32,000 nt of DNA, from NCBI GenBank assembly GCA_963752375.1, contig CAVVYF010000026.1, positions 82,320 through 114,319 of the forward strand, read 5' to 3'. Position 1 is the stretch's first letter. Each line of letters begins with the position of its first letter. A program made the translations under genes and the position numbers. Under the pieces are notes generated by a model. The model was not told the DNA's origin. It saw only the letters and a program-made list of their open reading frames with translations, and did no database searches. Shown piece by piece: positions 8,317 through 16,223 of this stretch. Source of the DNA: Terriglobia bacterium (GTDB lineage: Bacteria > Acidobacteriota > Terriglobia > Terriglobales > Acidobacteriaceae).

Positions 8317-9519
8317 ATGACTTCCGACTCCAGAACCGCGCGGAACGACGCCAGCACAACTACCGCCGACATCGTGATCCTCGGTGCCGGCGTCATGGGC
8401 GCCTCTATCGCGTTCCAGCTCGCCCGGCGCCAGGCTGGAAAGATCGTGGTCATCGACAAGGGTCATGTCGCGCAGGGAGGCAGTGGCCGTTCCTCCGCGT
8501 TGGTGCGCATGCACTACAGCTATCCACCCGAAGTGCAACTTGCTCTGGTGAGCCTGCGGATGTTCGAAAACTGGCGCGACGTAGTCGGGCCAGAAGGAGA
8601 CTTCCACAAGACCGGATTCGTGCGCATCGTTCATCCAGGAGAAACAGATCGCCTGAAGCAGAATGTGGAAATGCAGCGCCGGCTCGGAGTGAACGTAAAA
8701 CTCATCGATCGTCAGGAACTCAAAGACCTGGAGCCGGATTGGGCGGTTGATGAAGTCGAACTGGCCGCCTACGAACCCGATTCCGGCTACGGCGACGGCG
8801 CCGGAGTGGCCAACGATTTCCTCACCCGGGCCCGGGAACTGGGAGTCACCTACCAGTCGAAGACGCAGGCCCTGGAGTTTCTGGTCGAAGGCGGACGCGT
8901 GCGCGGAGTCAGCACGGTCCACGGGGACATTGCGGCGCCGGTCGTGGTTTCGGCCACAGGACCCTGGACCCAGCCCCTGTTTCAGCACATAGGAATCGAA
9001 CTGCCGATTGAGACGGAATACCACCAGGTAGCGATCCTGAAAAATGCTCCCGGCATGAAGGGTGGCGGGTGCGCCTGCATCGATTCGGTCAGCGCCACCT
9101 ACTTTCGCTCTGACGGGCAGGACAAATTTCTGATCGGAGATTTCTACGGCCGGCGCGGAGCTGATCCGGACAACTTTCCCCAGCGCGCATCCGACGATGG
9201 CCTGGAAGAAATCATCGAGCGGGCCAGCCGCCGCATTCCCAGGCTGGAGAATGCCGAAGTCATGCGCGGCGTAACCGGAGTCTATGACATGACGCCGGAT
9301 TCACGTCCGCTGCTGGGCGAAGTTTCAGGCGTCGCCGGACTGCATGTTTGCGCCGGTTTTTCCGGCATGGGCTTCAAAATTTCACCAGCGATTGGCCTGG
9401 TAATGTCGGAGTTGTTGCTGGACGGGCGCAGTAAGACAGTGGACATCAGCTCGTTCTGTCCGGGACGGTTTGCGGCCGGCCAGCCTATCAAGGCAGAGTT
9501 CGAATACAAAGACGACTAG
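8317..9519 (+). CDS. FAD-dependent oxidoreductase, DAO family (sarcosine oxidase beta / dimethylglycine oxidase-like)
   Basis: It has the DIVILGAGVMGASIAFQLARR Rossmann motif and GGSGRSSALVRMHY. The C-terminal CAGFSGMGFKISPAIG and the ~400 aa length are typical of DAO-family enzymes. Confidence 0.8.
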   Translation: MTSDSRTARNDASTTTADIVILGAGVMGASIAFQLARRQAGKIVVIDKGHVAQGGSGRSSALVRMHYSYPPEVQLALVSLRMFENWRDVVGPEGDFHKTGFVRIVHPGETDRLKQNVEMQRRLGVNVKLIDRQELKDLEPDWAVDEVELAAYEPDSGYGDGAGVANDFLTRARELGVTYQSKTQALEFLVEGGRVRGVSTVHGDIAAPVVVSATGPWTQPLFQHIGIELPIETEYHQVAILKNAPGMKGGGCACIDSVSATYFRSDGQDKFLIGDFYGRRGADPDNFPQRASDDGLEEIIERASRRIPRLENAEVMRGVTGVYDMTPDSRPLLGEVSGVAGLHVCAGFSGMGFKISPAIGLVMSELLLDGRSKTVDISSFCPGRFAAGQPIKAEFEYKDD

Positions 9520-9532
9520 TTCGTCGGGACAT

Positions 9533-9734
9533 GTCATCCTGAGCGGAGGCTTTCCATTCGCTCGCGAATGGAAAGTCGGAGTCGAAGGACCCCTACCGTA
9601 CAGGAACTGTTAATTGAGCAGCGATTTTCGCCGGCTGCAAATGCAACGTTGGCACACGGCGGCTTGGAGGAATAGGGATCCTTCGACTCCATGACTGCCT
9701 CGCGAAGCGAAGCAGTCACTGCGCTAAGGATGAC
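9533..9734. repeat. Composite palindromic intergenic element, copy B
   Basis: Left arm: GTCATCCTGAGCG, then hairpin CTTTCCATTCG-CTCG-CGAATGGAAAG (9550-9575), then GGAGTCGAAGGACCCCTAC. Right arm: ATAGGGATCCTTCGACTCC, then hairpin GACTGCCTCGC-GAA-GCGAAGCAGTC (9693-9717, one mismatch), then GCGCTAAGGATGAC. It lies between the DAO stop and the bhmt ribosome-binding site. Confidence 0.9.
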
Positions 9735-9771
9735 ATTGGAAAATGAAGTGGACAAACCTTAAGGAGCACTT

Positions 9772-10770
9772 ATGGCAAAGAAAAAAGGCATTATCGAGCG
9801 CCTCAAGGACGGTCCTGTCCTGGGCGACGGCGGTTACCTCCTGGAACTGGAAAAACGGGGATGGGTGCGCGCGGGTCCGTTCACTCCGGAGGTCGCTCTG
9901 CTCCATCCCGACGCGCTCCGCGAGTTGCATGTAGAGTTTCGCGAAGCCGGGGCGGATGTCCTGCAGGCGCTGACGTTTTATGCCAGCCGCGACAAACTGG
10001 CGACGGTTGGGCTGGAGAACAGGCTCGAAGAGTTGAACCGCGCGGCCGTACGCATTGCTCGTGAGGTGGCAGGCGACAAGTGCCTGGTCGCGGGCAATCT
10101 GAGCCTTACCTGGATGTACGAGCCCGACAGCCCGTCAGCCGCCGACCGCGTCCGCAAAACTTTCGACGAACAACTCGCGGTCCAGGTTGACGAGGGTGTG
10201 GACTTCATCATTGGCGAAACTTTTTCCTGGCTGGGCGAAGCCCTGATCGCCGTCGAACGGGCAAAGAAAACCGGCCTGCCCGTGATGGTGACCATCTGCT
10301 TCGAGAATAAAGATGAGACCGCGGACGGCAAGTCTGCCGCCGAGTCCGCCAAGGCGCTGCTGGAGGCAGGCGCCGATATCGTCGGCATGAATTGCCTGCG
10401 TCCTCCCGAGCACACTCTTCCGGCGATGGAACAGATGCGCCGGGCGGTCTCCGGCTATCTTGCCTGCCAGCCCGTAGCTTATCGCACACCCCGGGACAAG
10501 CCTGATTTCACCAGCCTGCCGGAATTTCCCCTGGCACTCGATCCGCTGCAGCTCACCCGGAAAGAGATGGGCGACTATGCGCTTCGCGCCCGCGAAATTG
10601 GAATCAACTACATTGGTTCCTGTTGCGGATCGGTTGCCATCCACGTTCGGGAGATGGCGCGCGCGCTGGGCAAGCTATCTGAAGATGGACGCATCTGGAA
10701 AAAAGGTGGAGAGAAGCCGATGTCTGCCTACGAGTATTACGGGCACGACGAAGTCGCCGCGAAAAAGTAG
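9772..10770 (+). CDS. bhmt: Betaine--homocysteine S-methyltransferase (animal BHMT-type, Pfam S-methyl_trans fold)
   Basis: It is collinear from the N-terminus with my recollection of vertebrate BHMT (KKGI.ERL..G....GDGG....LEKRG.V.AGP.TPE....HP.A.R.LH.EF..AG..V.Q..TFYAS.DKL; later QP.AY.TP......LPEFP..L.P). The Zn ligand cysteines are present (GMNC, YIGSCCG). AAGGAG (9761-9766) lies 5 nt upstream of the ATG. Confidence 0.85.
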   Translation: MAKKKGIIERLKDGPVLGDGGYLLELEKRGWVRAGPFTPEVALLHPDALRELHVEFREAGADVLQALTFYASRDKLATVGLENRLEELNRAAVRIAREVAGDKCLVAGNLSLTWMYEPDSPSAADRVRKTFDEQLAVQVDEGVDFIIGETFSWLGEALIAVERAKKTGLPVMVTICFENKDETADGKSAAESAKALLEAGADIVGMNCLRPPEHTLPAMEQMRRAVSGYLACQPVAYRTPRDKPDFTSLPEFPLALDPLQLTRKEMGDYALRAREIGINYIGSCCGSVAIHVREMARALGKLSEDGRIWKKGGEKPMSAYEYYGHDEVAAKK

Positions 10771-10791
10771 TTCACTCCCGGCAAAACAAAA

Positions 10792-10821
10792 GGGCCAGCC
10801 TCCGTGGCTGGCCCAAGTTTT
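10792..10821. terminator. Rho-independent (possibly bidirectional) terminator after bhmt
   Basis: The stem is GGGCCAGCC (10792-10800) paired with GGCTGGCCC (10806-10814), with loop TCCGT. It is followed by AAGTTTT and preceded by AAAACAAAA. It starts 22 nt after the bhmt stop, in a convergent intergenic region. Confidence 0.7.
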
Positions 10822-11018
10822 CCTTGGGGAAAAGGACCATCTCGAACTGCATACGGCAACAGAATTAGATCCCGGGATCTTCCATCTGGAACGGGCCAGC
10901 AGCGGCCGCCCGTTCGTATTGTAGAAAAAGCTAAGGCATCGGCGGGGCGCGTTTGTCACGTAATTGTCATTTTATTGTTAATGCAAACAAGGAGGAGTGG
11001 ACAGCCGGCACGCTCCCG

Positions 11019-11756
11019 CTAATGCCGTTCATACGCGGGGCTGTCCGGCGCCGGCGAGTCGTAATCGCGTCCGTACAGGTTCTTGTGCGCCGTGGACAGG
11101 GTGGCTTCCGTAAGGCGTAACACGCCGAGCGTGGAAGTGGCCTCTGACACCGTGACCTCGCGCGTCATCGCCTTCAAGGTTTCGGGGGGCGTGGCTTCGT
11201 ACCAGACCCGAAGCGTGTACTTGCCGCTGGGAACGTTCGCAATGACGACCTGACCCCGCGAGTCAGAGATGCCGTAATAGGGCGTGTCCAGCGCGATCAC
11301 CACGGCACTCATCTCGGGATGAATATTGCAGAAGATGTAGGAGATGCCTGGCTTGTCAAAGTGAACGTCGCGCGTGGTTCCGGCTTCATACAGGCCGAGA
11401 TCGAAGCGCTTCCCTTCGAACAACGAAAAAACATTGTGAAAGAAGGGATCGCGGTTGGGGAACGCCACCACCGAGCCGACAGGCACCACGAGCACATGCG
11501 GCTCGAAGGTCTTGTTGTGCTGTACCAATCGCGGGACCTGGGCGATGTGGTTTTGACGAAACGCCGCCGGGCGGGCCCCGCCGCCTTCCGGCACCAGCCA
11601 CACCACCACATTTTCCGCGTCAGGCTCTTTTGCGGGTTTGCCGCCATTTAGCAACTCGACCCGGGCCGTCAGCGTGACCTCCTGGGCCCGGGCGAAGCCC
11701 AGGCACAGCAGCGCCAGACAGAAGCACCGGCAAGCGGAAATAAAAAGGTTTTTCAA
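11019..11756 (-). CDS. Secreted cupredoxin-fold protein with amicyanin-like type-1 Cu ligand set plus C-terminal carboxypeptidase-regulatory-like domain
   Basis: The signal peptide is (M)KNLFISACRCFCLALLCLGFARAQ. Candidate ligands are His in FFHNVFS and C-x2-H-x2-M in FCNIHPEM, the same loop spacing as amicyanin CTPHPFM. The C-terminal GQVVIANVPSGKYTLRVW is CarboxypepD_reg-like. The TTG start overlaps the upstream stop as TTGA. Confidence 0.6.
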   Translation of the reverse strand: MKNLFISACRCFCLALLCLGFARAQEVTLTARVELLNGGKPAKEPDAENVVVWLVPEGGGARPAAFRQNHIAQVPRLVQHNKTFEPHVLVVPVGSVVAFPNRDPFFHNVFSLFEGKRFDLGLYEAGTTRDVHFDKPGISYIFCNIHPEMSAVVIALDTPYYGISDSRGQVVIANVPSGKYTLRVWYEATPPETLKAMTREVTVSEATSTLGVLRLTEATLSTAHKNLYGRDYDSPAPDSPAYERH

Positions 11757-13345
11757 AACAGAATTCCCATCATCAGGTTCACCTGGTCAGCCGTTGGACT
11801 GCCGGCATCAATGTCGAAGGTTCGCAGGTGACGGTATTCTCCCGACAGGAGCAGGTCTGAGCGTGGACGATAAATCACATTCACCAGAGAACTCCGGTTT
11901 TGCAGCAGGGGCGCGGGAAAACCCGGGCTCAAGGAAAAGCCGCGCACATCCGCGGCGAACGGGTTGTCCACTCCGAAGGCGCCGTTGAACTCCAGTTTAC
12001 TGGTGGCCGTGACTTTCAGCTGAGACCATCCTCCCACGGAATTCAACGCCCGCAACTGGGTCTGCGGAGCCGGGTTGCCGTTGAACAACACACTCCGTCC
12101 CACAGCGCCTCCCAGTCCGCCGATGGCGCGGCCGCGATAAAATTCACCAGTGAGGCTCACGCGCCGCGCCAAGGGAACACTCCAGTCCGTCATGGCAGCC
12201 CAGCCATCTACATTGTGGTTCATACTCCAGTTCTGACGGCTGTAGTATCCAGCAGCGGCCAGGGTCAGGGGCATGCCAAAAACGCTGCGCGTCCATCCCA
12301 CGCGCGCGGCGTAAGCCGGCTGGCCCGAACTCTCGCCCGCCTGGGCGAAAGGCGCAAACGCGGAAGGAAGCTCTCCGGTTACGTTGTCCAGGATGCCACC
12401 CTGCAACATGACGCTCTGCCCCTCCGAAAGATGGAAGCGGTGCTCCACGCGAACTTGCGGAATCCATCCCCAGAGGTTACCGGCATAACTGAATGCCGGA
12501 ATGGCCAGTGAGGCAAATGAAGTCGGTGAAAGCGGGGAGAAAAAAGTATTGTCCTGTCCCCCTACGATGGAAGTATCTTTCCAATCCATCCGCATGTTGG
12601 CCACACGCAAGCGGGCCAGGCCGAGATTCACGCCATTCGGAGTTCCCGGAGATCCCCCCGCAAAATCGACCTGCAGGCTACCCGAGGTCCGTGCCCCGGC
12701 CAGGTGCGGACCAAACACTTCGAGGCCAATTTCCGATTGCCGCAGGGTAGCGCCGAAAGTCTGCCCGGATACATTGGGGATATTCGGAATCGCCCAGGTC
12801 GGCGTGTCCTGGCTGTCCATGCGTCCGTGATTGCTGAAGAGATTCAGCAACACGATGCCCGAGAGGCGGACTCGATACTTCGAGGCCGCTTCCACTTTCG
12901 TCTGGTACTGGTCGTCCAGCTTGCTGTTCAGCAGCTGGGATGTCTCTTCCAGGGAGGAAACGCGCTCTGCCAACGGGGCCGCGCCGGCCGGAGTCACAGC
13001 GGCAGCTTCGGGGACCGTGCCGCGCGCCGCCTGCAGGTCCTTGCGCAACTGCTCCGTCTCGGCGCGGTACTGTCCGGCTTCGGAACGCAGTTCGACCACG
13101 GCGGTGCGCAACTCGCGCACTTCGGCCTGTAACTCGCGCACCGCATCGGTCATCACATCGGTTGGCGCATTGGTTGGCGCAGCCGCCGGCGAAGCGGTGG
13201 TTTGTGTCCACCCATTGATGCTTCCAGCAAGCAGCAATCCCATCGCGCCGAATTTTCTGATCCGCCCAGGCAAACCATTCTTGTGTCTCACAATTCGCCT
13301 CCCCGCAGAAAAAATGCCGGAGACTCGCCCGTGCGCCCAACGCAT
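11753..13345 (-). CDS. Putative outer-membrane beta-barrel porin with N-terminal coiled coil
   Basis: An N-terminal hydrophobic segment is followed by a coiled coil (ELQAEVRELRTAVVELRSEAGQYRAETEQLRKDLQAA). A long region of alternating amphipathic strands follows. The protein ends in LMMGILF, and a C-terminal Phe is typical of OM barrels. ATG 13345 is the first start; ATG 13243 is an alternative. Confidence 0.55.
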   Translation of the reverse strand: MRWAHGRVSGIFSAGRRIVRHKNGLPGRIRKFGAMGLLLAGSINGWTQTTASPAAAPTNAPTDVMTDAVRELQAEVRELRTAVVELRSEAGQYRAETEQLRKDLQAARGTVPEAAAVTPAGAAPLAERVSSLEETSQLLNSKLDDQYQTKVEAASKYRVRLSGIVLLNLFSNHGRMDSQDTPTWAIPNIPNVSGQTFGATLRQSEIGLEVFGPHLAGARTSGSLQVDFAGGSPGTPNGVNLGLARLRVANMRMDWKDTSIVGGQDNTFFSPLSPTSFASLAIPAFSYAGNLWGWIPQVRVEHRFHLSEGQSVMLQGGILDNVTGELPSAFAPFAQAGESSGQPAYAARVGWTRSVFGMPLTLAAAGYYSRQNWSMNHNVDGWAAMTDWSVPLARRVSLTGEFYRGRAIGGLGGAVGRSVLFNGNPAPQTQLRALNSVGGWSQLKVTATSKLEFNGAFGVDNPFAADVRGFSLSPGFPAPLLQNRSSLVNVIYRPRSDLLLSGEYRHLRTFDIDAGSPTADQVNLMMGILF

Positions 13346-13373
13346 GGCTGTGGACCGCCTCCGCTCCGAAATG

Positions 13374-15173
13374 CTACTCCGATTGTGACTGCTCGGTACG
13401 AGCCATCGACGTGCGCGCCGCTCCCCCCGAATGCCCGGCCTCGGGCGAGGCCAGGGGAAGGAGCAGGTGGAAAACGGTCCCCTCGGCCGAGGTTTTTTCC
13501 ACTATCACATCTCCGCCGTGGTCCTGGACAATCTTTTGCACTACGGTAAGCCCCAGCCCGGTCCCGTTTTCCTTGCCGTGGCTGACGAAGGGCTCAAAAA
13601 GTTGTCCGCGAATTAACTCCGGTATTCCGCGCCCATTGTCGCTGACGCGAATCTCGACTCCGCCTCGCACTTCCTTCAGGGCCACATGGATGACGCCGCT
13701 CTCCGGCACCACCGCTTCACAGGAGTTCAAAAGCAGGTTATAGAGAGCGCGCTCCAGCTTGCGCGGATCGAACCATCCCGAACTGCTGCCTTCCTGGCTG
13801 AGCGTAATACGCACCGGATGGAATTCGGGATGCGTACCGATCGCTTGTACCACGCGTTCGACTGAGTCCTTGACGTTGCCGTAGGTCCGCCGCAGGGACT
13901 CGCGGGTGCGCGAAAATTCCAGCAATGAATCGATGAGATCGGTCATCTGGTTGACCGCCACCCGAACTTCCTGATACAACTCCTCCCGCTGCACAGAAGA
14001 CAGCCGGCTCTCGCACAGAAATTCCGCGTTGGCTACGATGGCCGCCAGTGAATGCCGCAAATCATGAGAGATCGAACTGGCCATGCGCCCGATGGTGGCC
14101 AGTCTTTCCGCTTCCAGCAACTCCTGTTGCGTCTTCTGCAGGCTGGCCCGCATACCGTTGAAGGCCCGGGTCACCTCCGCGACTTCATCGCCGCCACGAG
14201 CGTCCAGCGTATAGGTAAAGTCGCCCTTCTCCAGAGCACGCACGCCGGCCACCAGGTTTCCGAGCGGCCGGGTGAAGGTGTGCGAAATGAAGAACACCAG
14301 GGCGCTGCCCCCCAGCACCGCTGCCAGGCCCAGGGCCAGCAGCAGGCGATTGAGGCTGTCGAGAAAGGCAGTCGCCTGATCGTAGGACTTGAGCACGGTA
14401 AGCCGCACCGAAGAATTTTTTGCCCCGGCAAGCTCCAGCGACGTAATGAGGAACCGCTCATCCCCGAGCTGAATTTCCTCCGGTTCCGACCCTCCCGAGG
14501 CGGTATGAAGCACGCGCTGCCGGGCCAGTTCCGATTCCTGCATCGCGGACAACGTAGTCTTCACCACGGCATCGCCGTAATAAAACGCCACCTGGCTGGC
14601 CGCAATCCGGCCGACTTGCGAGGTCAGCCGGTCATCGATTTCGTAGCCGATCGCCAGAAAACCCAGCAGGTGGTTCTCCTCGGCTGGGCCAAAGTAGACG
14701 GGCCGGAGAAAAACCTCGTAGAGATGCTGGCCGCCAAACCACCAGTGTCCCGAGCTTTCATCGCTCAGGGTCCCGCCCAGTGACTGCTGCGCCATCTCCC
14801 GGGTCATGCCCGGCGACGCGGTGTGCAAAGCCACCACGCGGCCGGTGCGGTCGGCCAGGACAAAGAGGTCGCTGCCTGCCAGGCGCCACAACCCGCTGGA
14901 CGCATCCTGAATGGTGGCCTCGTGCTGCGTGGTCATCAACGCCCGCAGGTTGGGCAGGTCCGCGAGCAGCTCAGCGGAGTGCAGCAGGGTAAGTTCCCGT
15001 TCCCGTTGAAAGTTCTGGAAGGTGCTGACCGAATTGCGTAAGTCGGCGAAGATTTCCCGCCTGACCTGCTTCTGCACGCTGTGCCGCACCAGCAGAAGGC
15101 TGGTACAGGTAAGTCCGGCGGAGATCAGCAGCATGGAGAGCAGAAACTTGGTGCGCATCCGAAGTTTCAGCAT
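13374..15173 (-). CDS. Sensor histidine kinase (TM - periplasmic sensor - TM - HAMP - HisKA - HATPase_c)
   Basis: It has the H-box SHDLRHSLAAI, N-box NLLLNSCEA, G1 DNGRGIP and G2 GTGLGL. Two hydrophobic segments flank a ~250-aa extracytoplasmic domain. GGAGAG lies upstream of ATG 15173. Confidence 0.9.
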   Translation of the reverse strand: MLKLRMRTKFLLSMLLISAGLTCTSLLLVRHSVQKQVRREIFADLRNSVSTFQNFQRERELTLLHSAELLADLPNLRALMTTQHEATIQDASSGLWRLAGSDLFVLADRTGRVVALHTASPGMTREMAQQSLGGTLSDESSGHWWFGGQHLYEVFLRPVYFGPAEENHLLGFLAIGYEIDDRLTSQVGRIAASQVAFYYGDAVVKTTLSAMQESELARQRVLHTASGGSEPEEIQLGDERFLITSLELAGAKNSSVRLTVLKSYDQATAFLDSLNRLLLALGLAAVLGGSALVFFISHTFTRPLGNLVAGVRALEKGDFTYTLDARGGDEVAEVTRAFNGMRASLQKTQQELLEAERLATIGRMASSISHDLRHSLAAIVANAEFLCESRLSSVQREELYQEVRVAVNQMTDLIDSLLEFSRTRESLRRTYGNVKDSVERVVQAIGTHPEFHPVRITLSQEGSSSGWFDPRKLERALYNLLLNSCEAVVPESGVIHVALKEVRGGVEIRVSDNGRGIPELIRGQLFEPFVSHGKENGTGLGLTVVQKIVQDHGGDVIVEKTSAEGTVFHLLLPLASPEAGHSGGAARTSMARTEQSQSE

Positions 15174-15210
15174 GAGTGCTCTCTCCTGCCGCCGCTCGTC
15201 CCTCTCTCAA

Positions 15211-15888
15211 TCACGGTACAAACTTGTAGCCCATGCCGTGGACCGTTCGGAAGTGTATCGGATTGGCCGGATTTTTCTCCAGCTTCTGCCGCAACTTCAG
15301 AATGTGATTGTCCACGGTGCGCGTGGAGGGATAATTCTGGTAGCCCCAGACTTCATTGAGTAGTTCGTCGCGGGAAATCACGCGCTCCGCATTCCGCATC
15401 ATGAATTTCAGGGTCTTGAATTCCTGGGCGGTCAGCCCGATGGTCTGGCCGTCGCGCATCACTTCCATCTTGGTGAAATCCACGGAGATGCCATCAAAAC
15501 TGTTGACATCGCTGGTCGCGGAGCGTGTGCTGCGCCGCAATGCCGCTCGCACCCGCGCCAGCAGCTCGCGCGGGCTGAAGGGCTTGGTCACATAGTCGTC
15601 GGCGCCGAGTTCGAGCAGCAACACTTTATCGGACACGTCGCTGGCTGCGCTCAGCACAATCACGGGCAGAGTGGGCGCCTGCAGTTTGATCTCCCGGCAA
15701 ACATCCCGCCCGGACATGGCGGGCAAACGGAGATCGAGCACGACCGCCGAAGGAGTGGTGGCACGATACGCTTCCAGCGCCGATTTGCCATCCGCGCTGA
15801 TCTCCACCGCGAAGCCTTCCGCTTCAAACAATCGCTTGAGCGCCTTCTGGACCGCCCGGTCATCTTCGACCACCAGAATCCGTTCCAT
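15211..15888 (-). CDS. OmpR/PhoB-family response regulator
   Basis: The receiver domain (ILVVEDDRAVQKAL..., VVLDLRLPAMSG) is followed by a winged-helix output (LTAQEFKTLKFMM..., RTVHGMGYKFV). The start at ATG 15888 (MERILVVEDD) is preferred over the longest ORF (16050). Confidence 0.9.
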   Translation of the reverse strand: MERILVVEDDRAVQKALKRLFEAEGFAVEISADGKSALEAYRATTPSAVVLDLRLPAMSGRDVCREIKLQAPTLPVIVLSAASDVSDKVLLLELGADDYVTKPFSPRELLARVRAALRRSTRSATSDVNSFDGISVDFTKMEVMRDGQTIGLTAQEFKTLKFMMRNAERVISRDELLNEVWGYQNYPSTRTVDNHILKLRQKLEKNPANPIHFRTVHGMGYKFVP

Positions 15889-16034
15889 CGGCCCCCCAGA
15901 ATAAGCAACCCCCAGGCGCGGCACGGGCTCGCCACGCTGCAGGGCCAAACCATGGTTCTGCTCCACTCTCATCGCCTGTGCTCCGCGCTCCCCGGGCAGG
16001 GGATGGCAGCTCAAGCTTACTAGAAATCTATTGA

Positions 16035-16064
16035 TGTATAAGGCCCGCAACCCTTTGTTGACAA
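16035..16064 (-). promoter_or_regulatory. Candidate sigma70-type promoter for the RR-HK operon
   Basis: On the minus strand, TTGTCA (16064-16059) is followed by an 18-nt spacer and then TATACA (16040-16035). It sits in an AT-rich island about 150 nt upstream of ATG 15888. This is pattern-only evidence. Confidence 0.3.
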
Positions 16065-16223
16065 TTTTTTTACAACTTGGGAAGCTCCTGGGTGGGAGCG
16101 ACCTCCGGTAGATGGTCAGCGATCGGTGCGCGGTTCCGAGCCAACCACGCCTTCAGAGCCATCGCCATTGTGCCCGAACACTCACTATTCTTAACTGGCC
16201 GGCGCGGGCAATATTCTAGTCAC

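Noticed and set aside
9534-9755. Small ORFs across the repeat copies encoding similar peptides (...SLREAVMESKDPYS..., ...GVLRLR..., ...LRMT...): 9534-9755, 23447-23902, 3145-3348 and 3017-3268.
   Set aside because: The similarity comes from the repeated DNA itself. The frames differ between copies, there are no RBSs, and the conserved parts coincide with hairpin stems. I interpret them as non-coding elements, not a peptide family.
10868-10879. Perfect 12-nt palindrome GATCCCGGGATC, and the nearby hairpin GAACGGGC...GCCCGTTC, in the bhmt / cupredoxin convergent gap.
   Set aside because: Both are short and isolated, with no U-tract and no repetition elsewhere in the window. A functional call cannot be supported.
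10989-11024. A strong SD-like AAGGAGG (10989-10995) in an AT-rich island, suggesting a hidden small gene.
   Set aside because: The nearest start codons are badly spaced: the GTG is 1-2 nt away and the ATG is 26 nt away. The resulting 33-39 codon frames are antisense to the cupredoxin gene 3' end, so there is no coding support.
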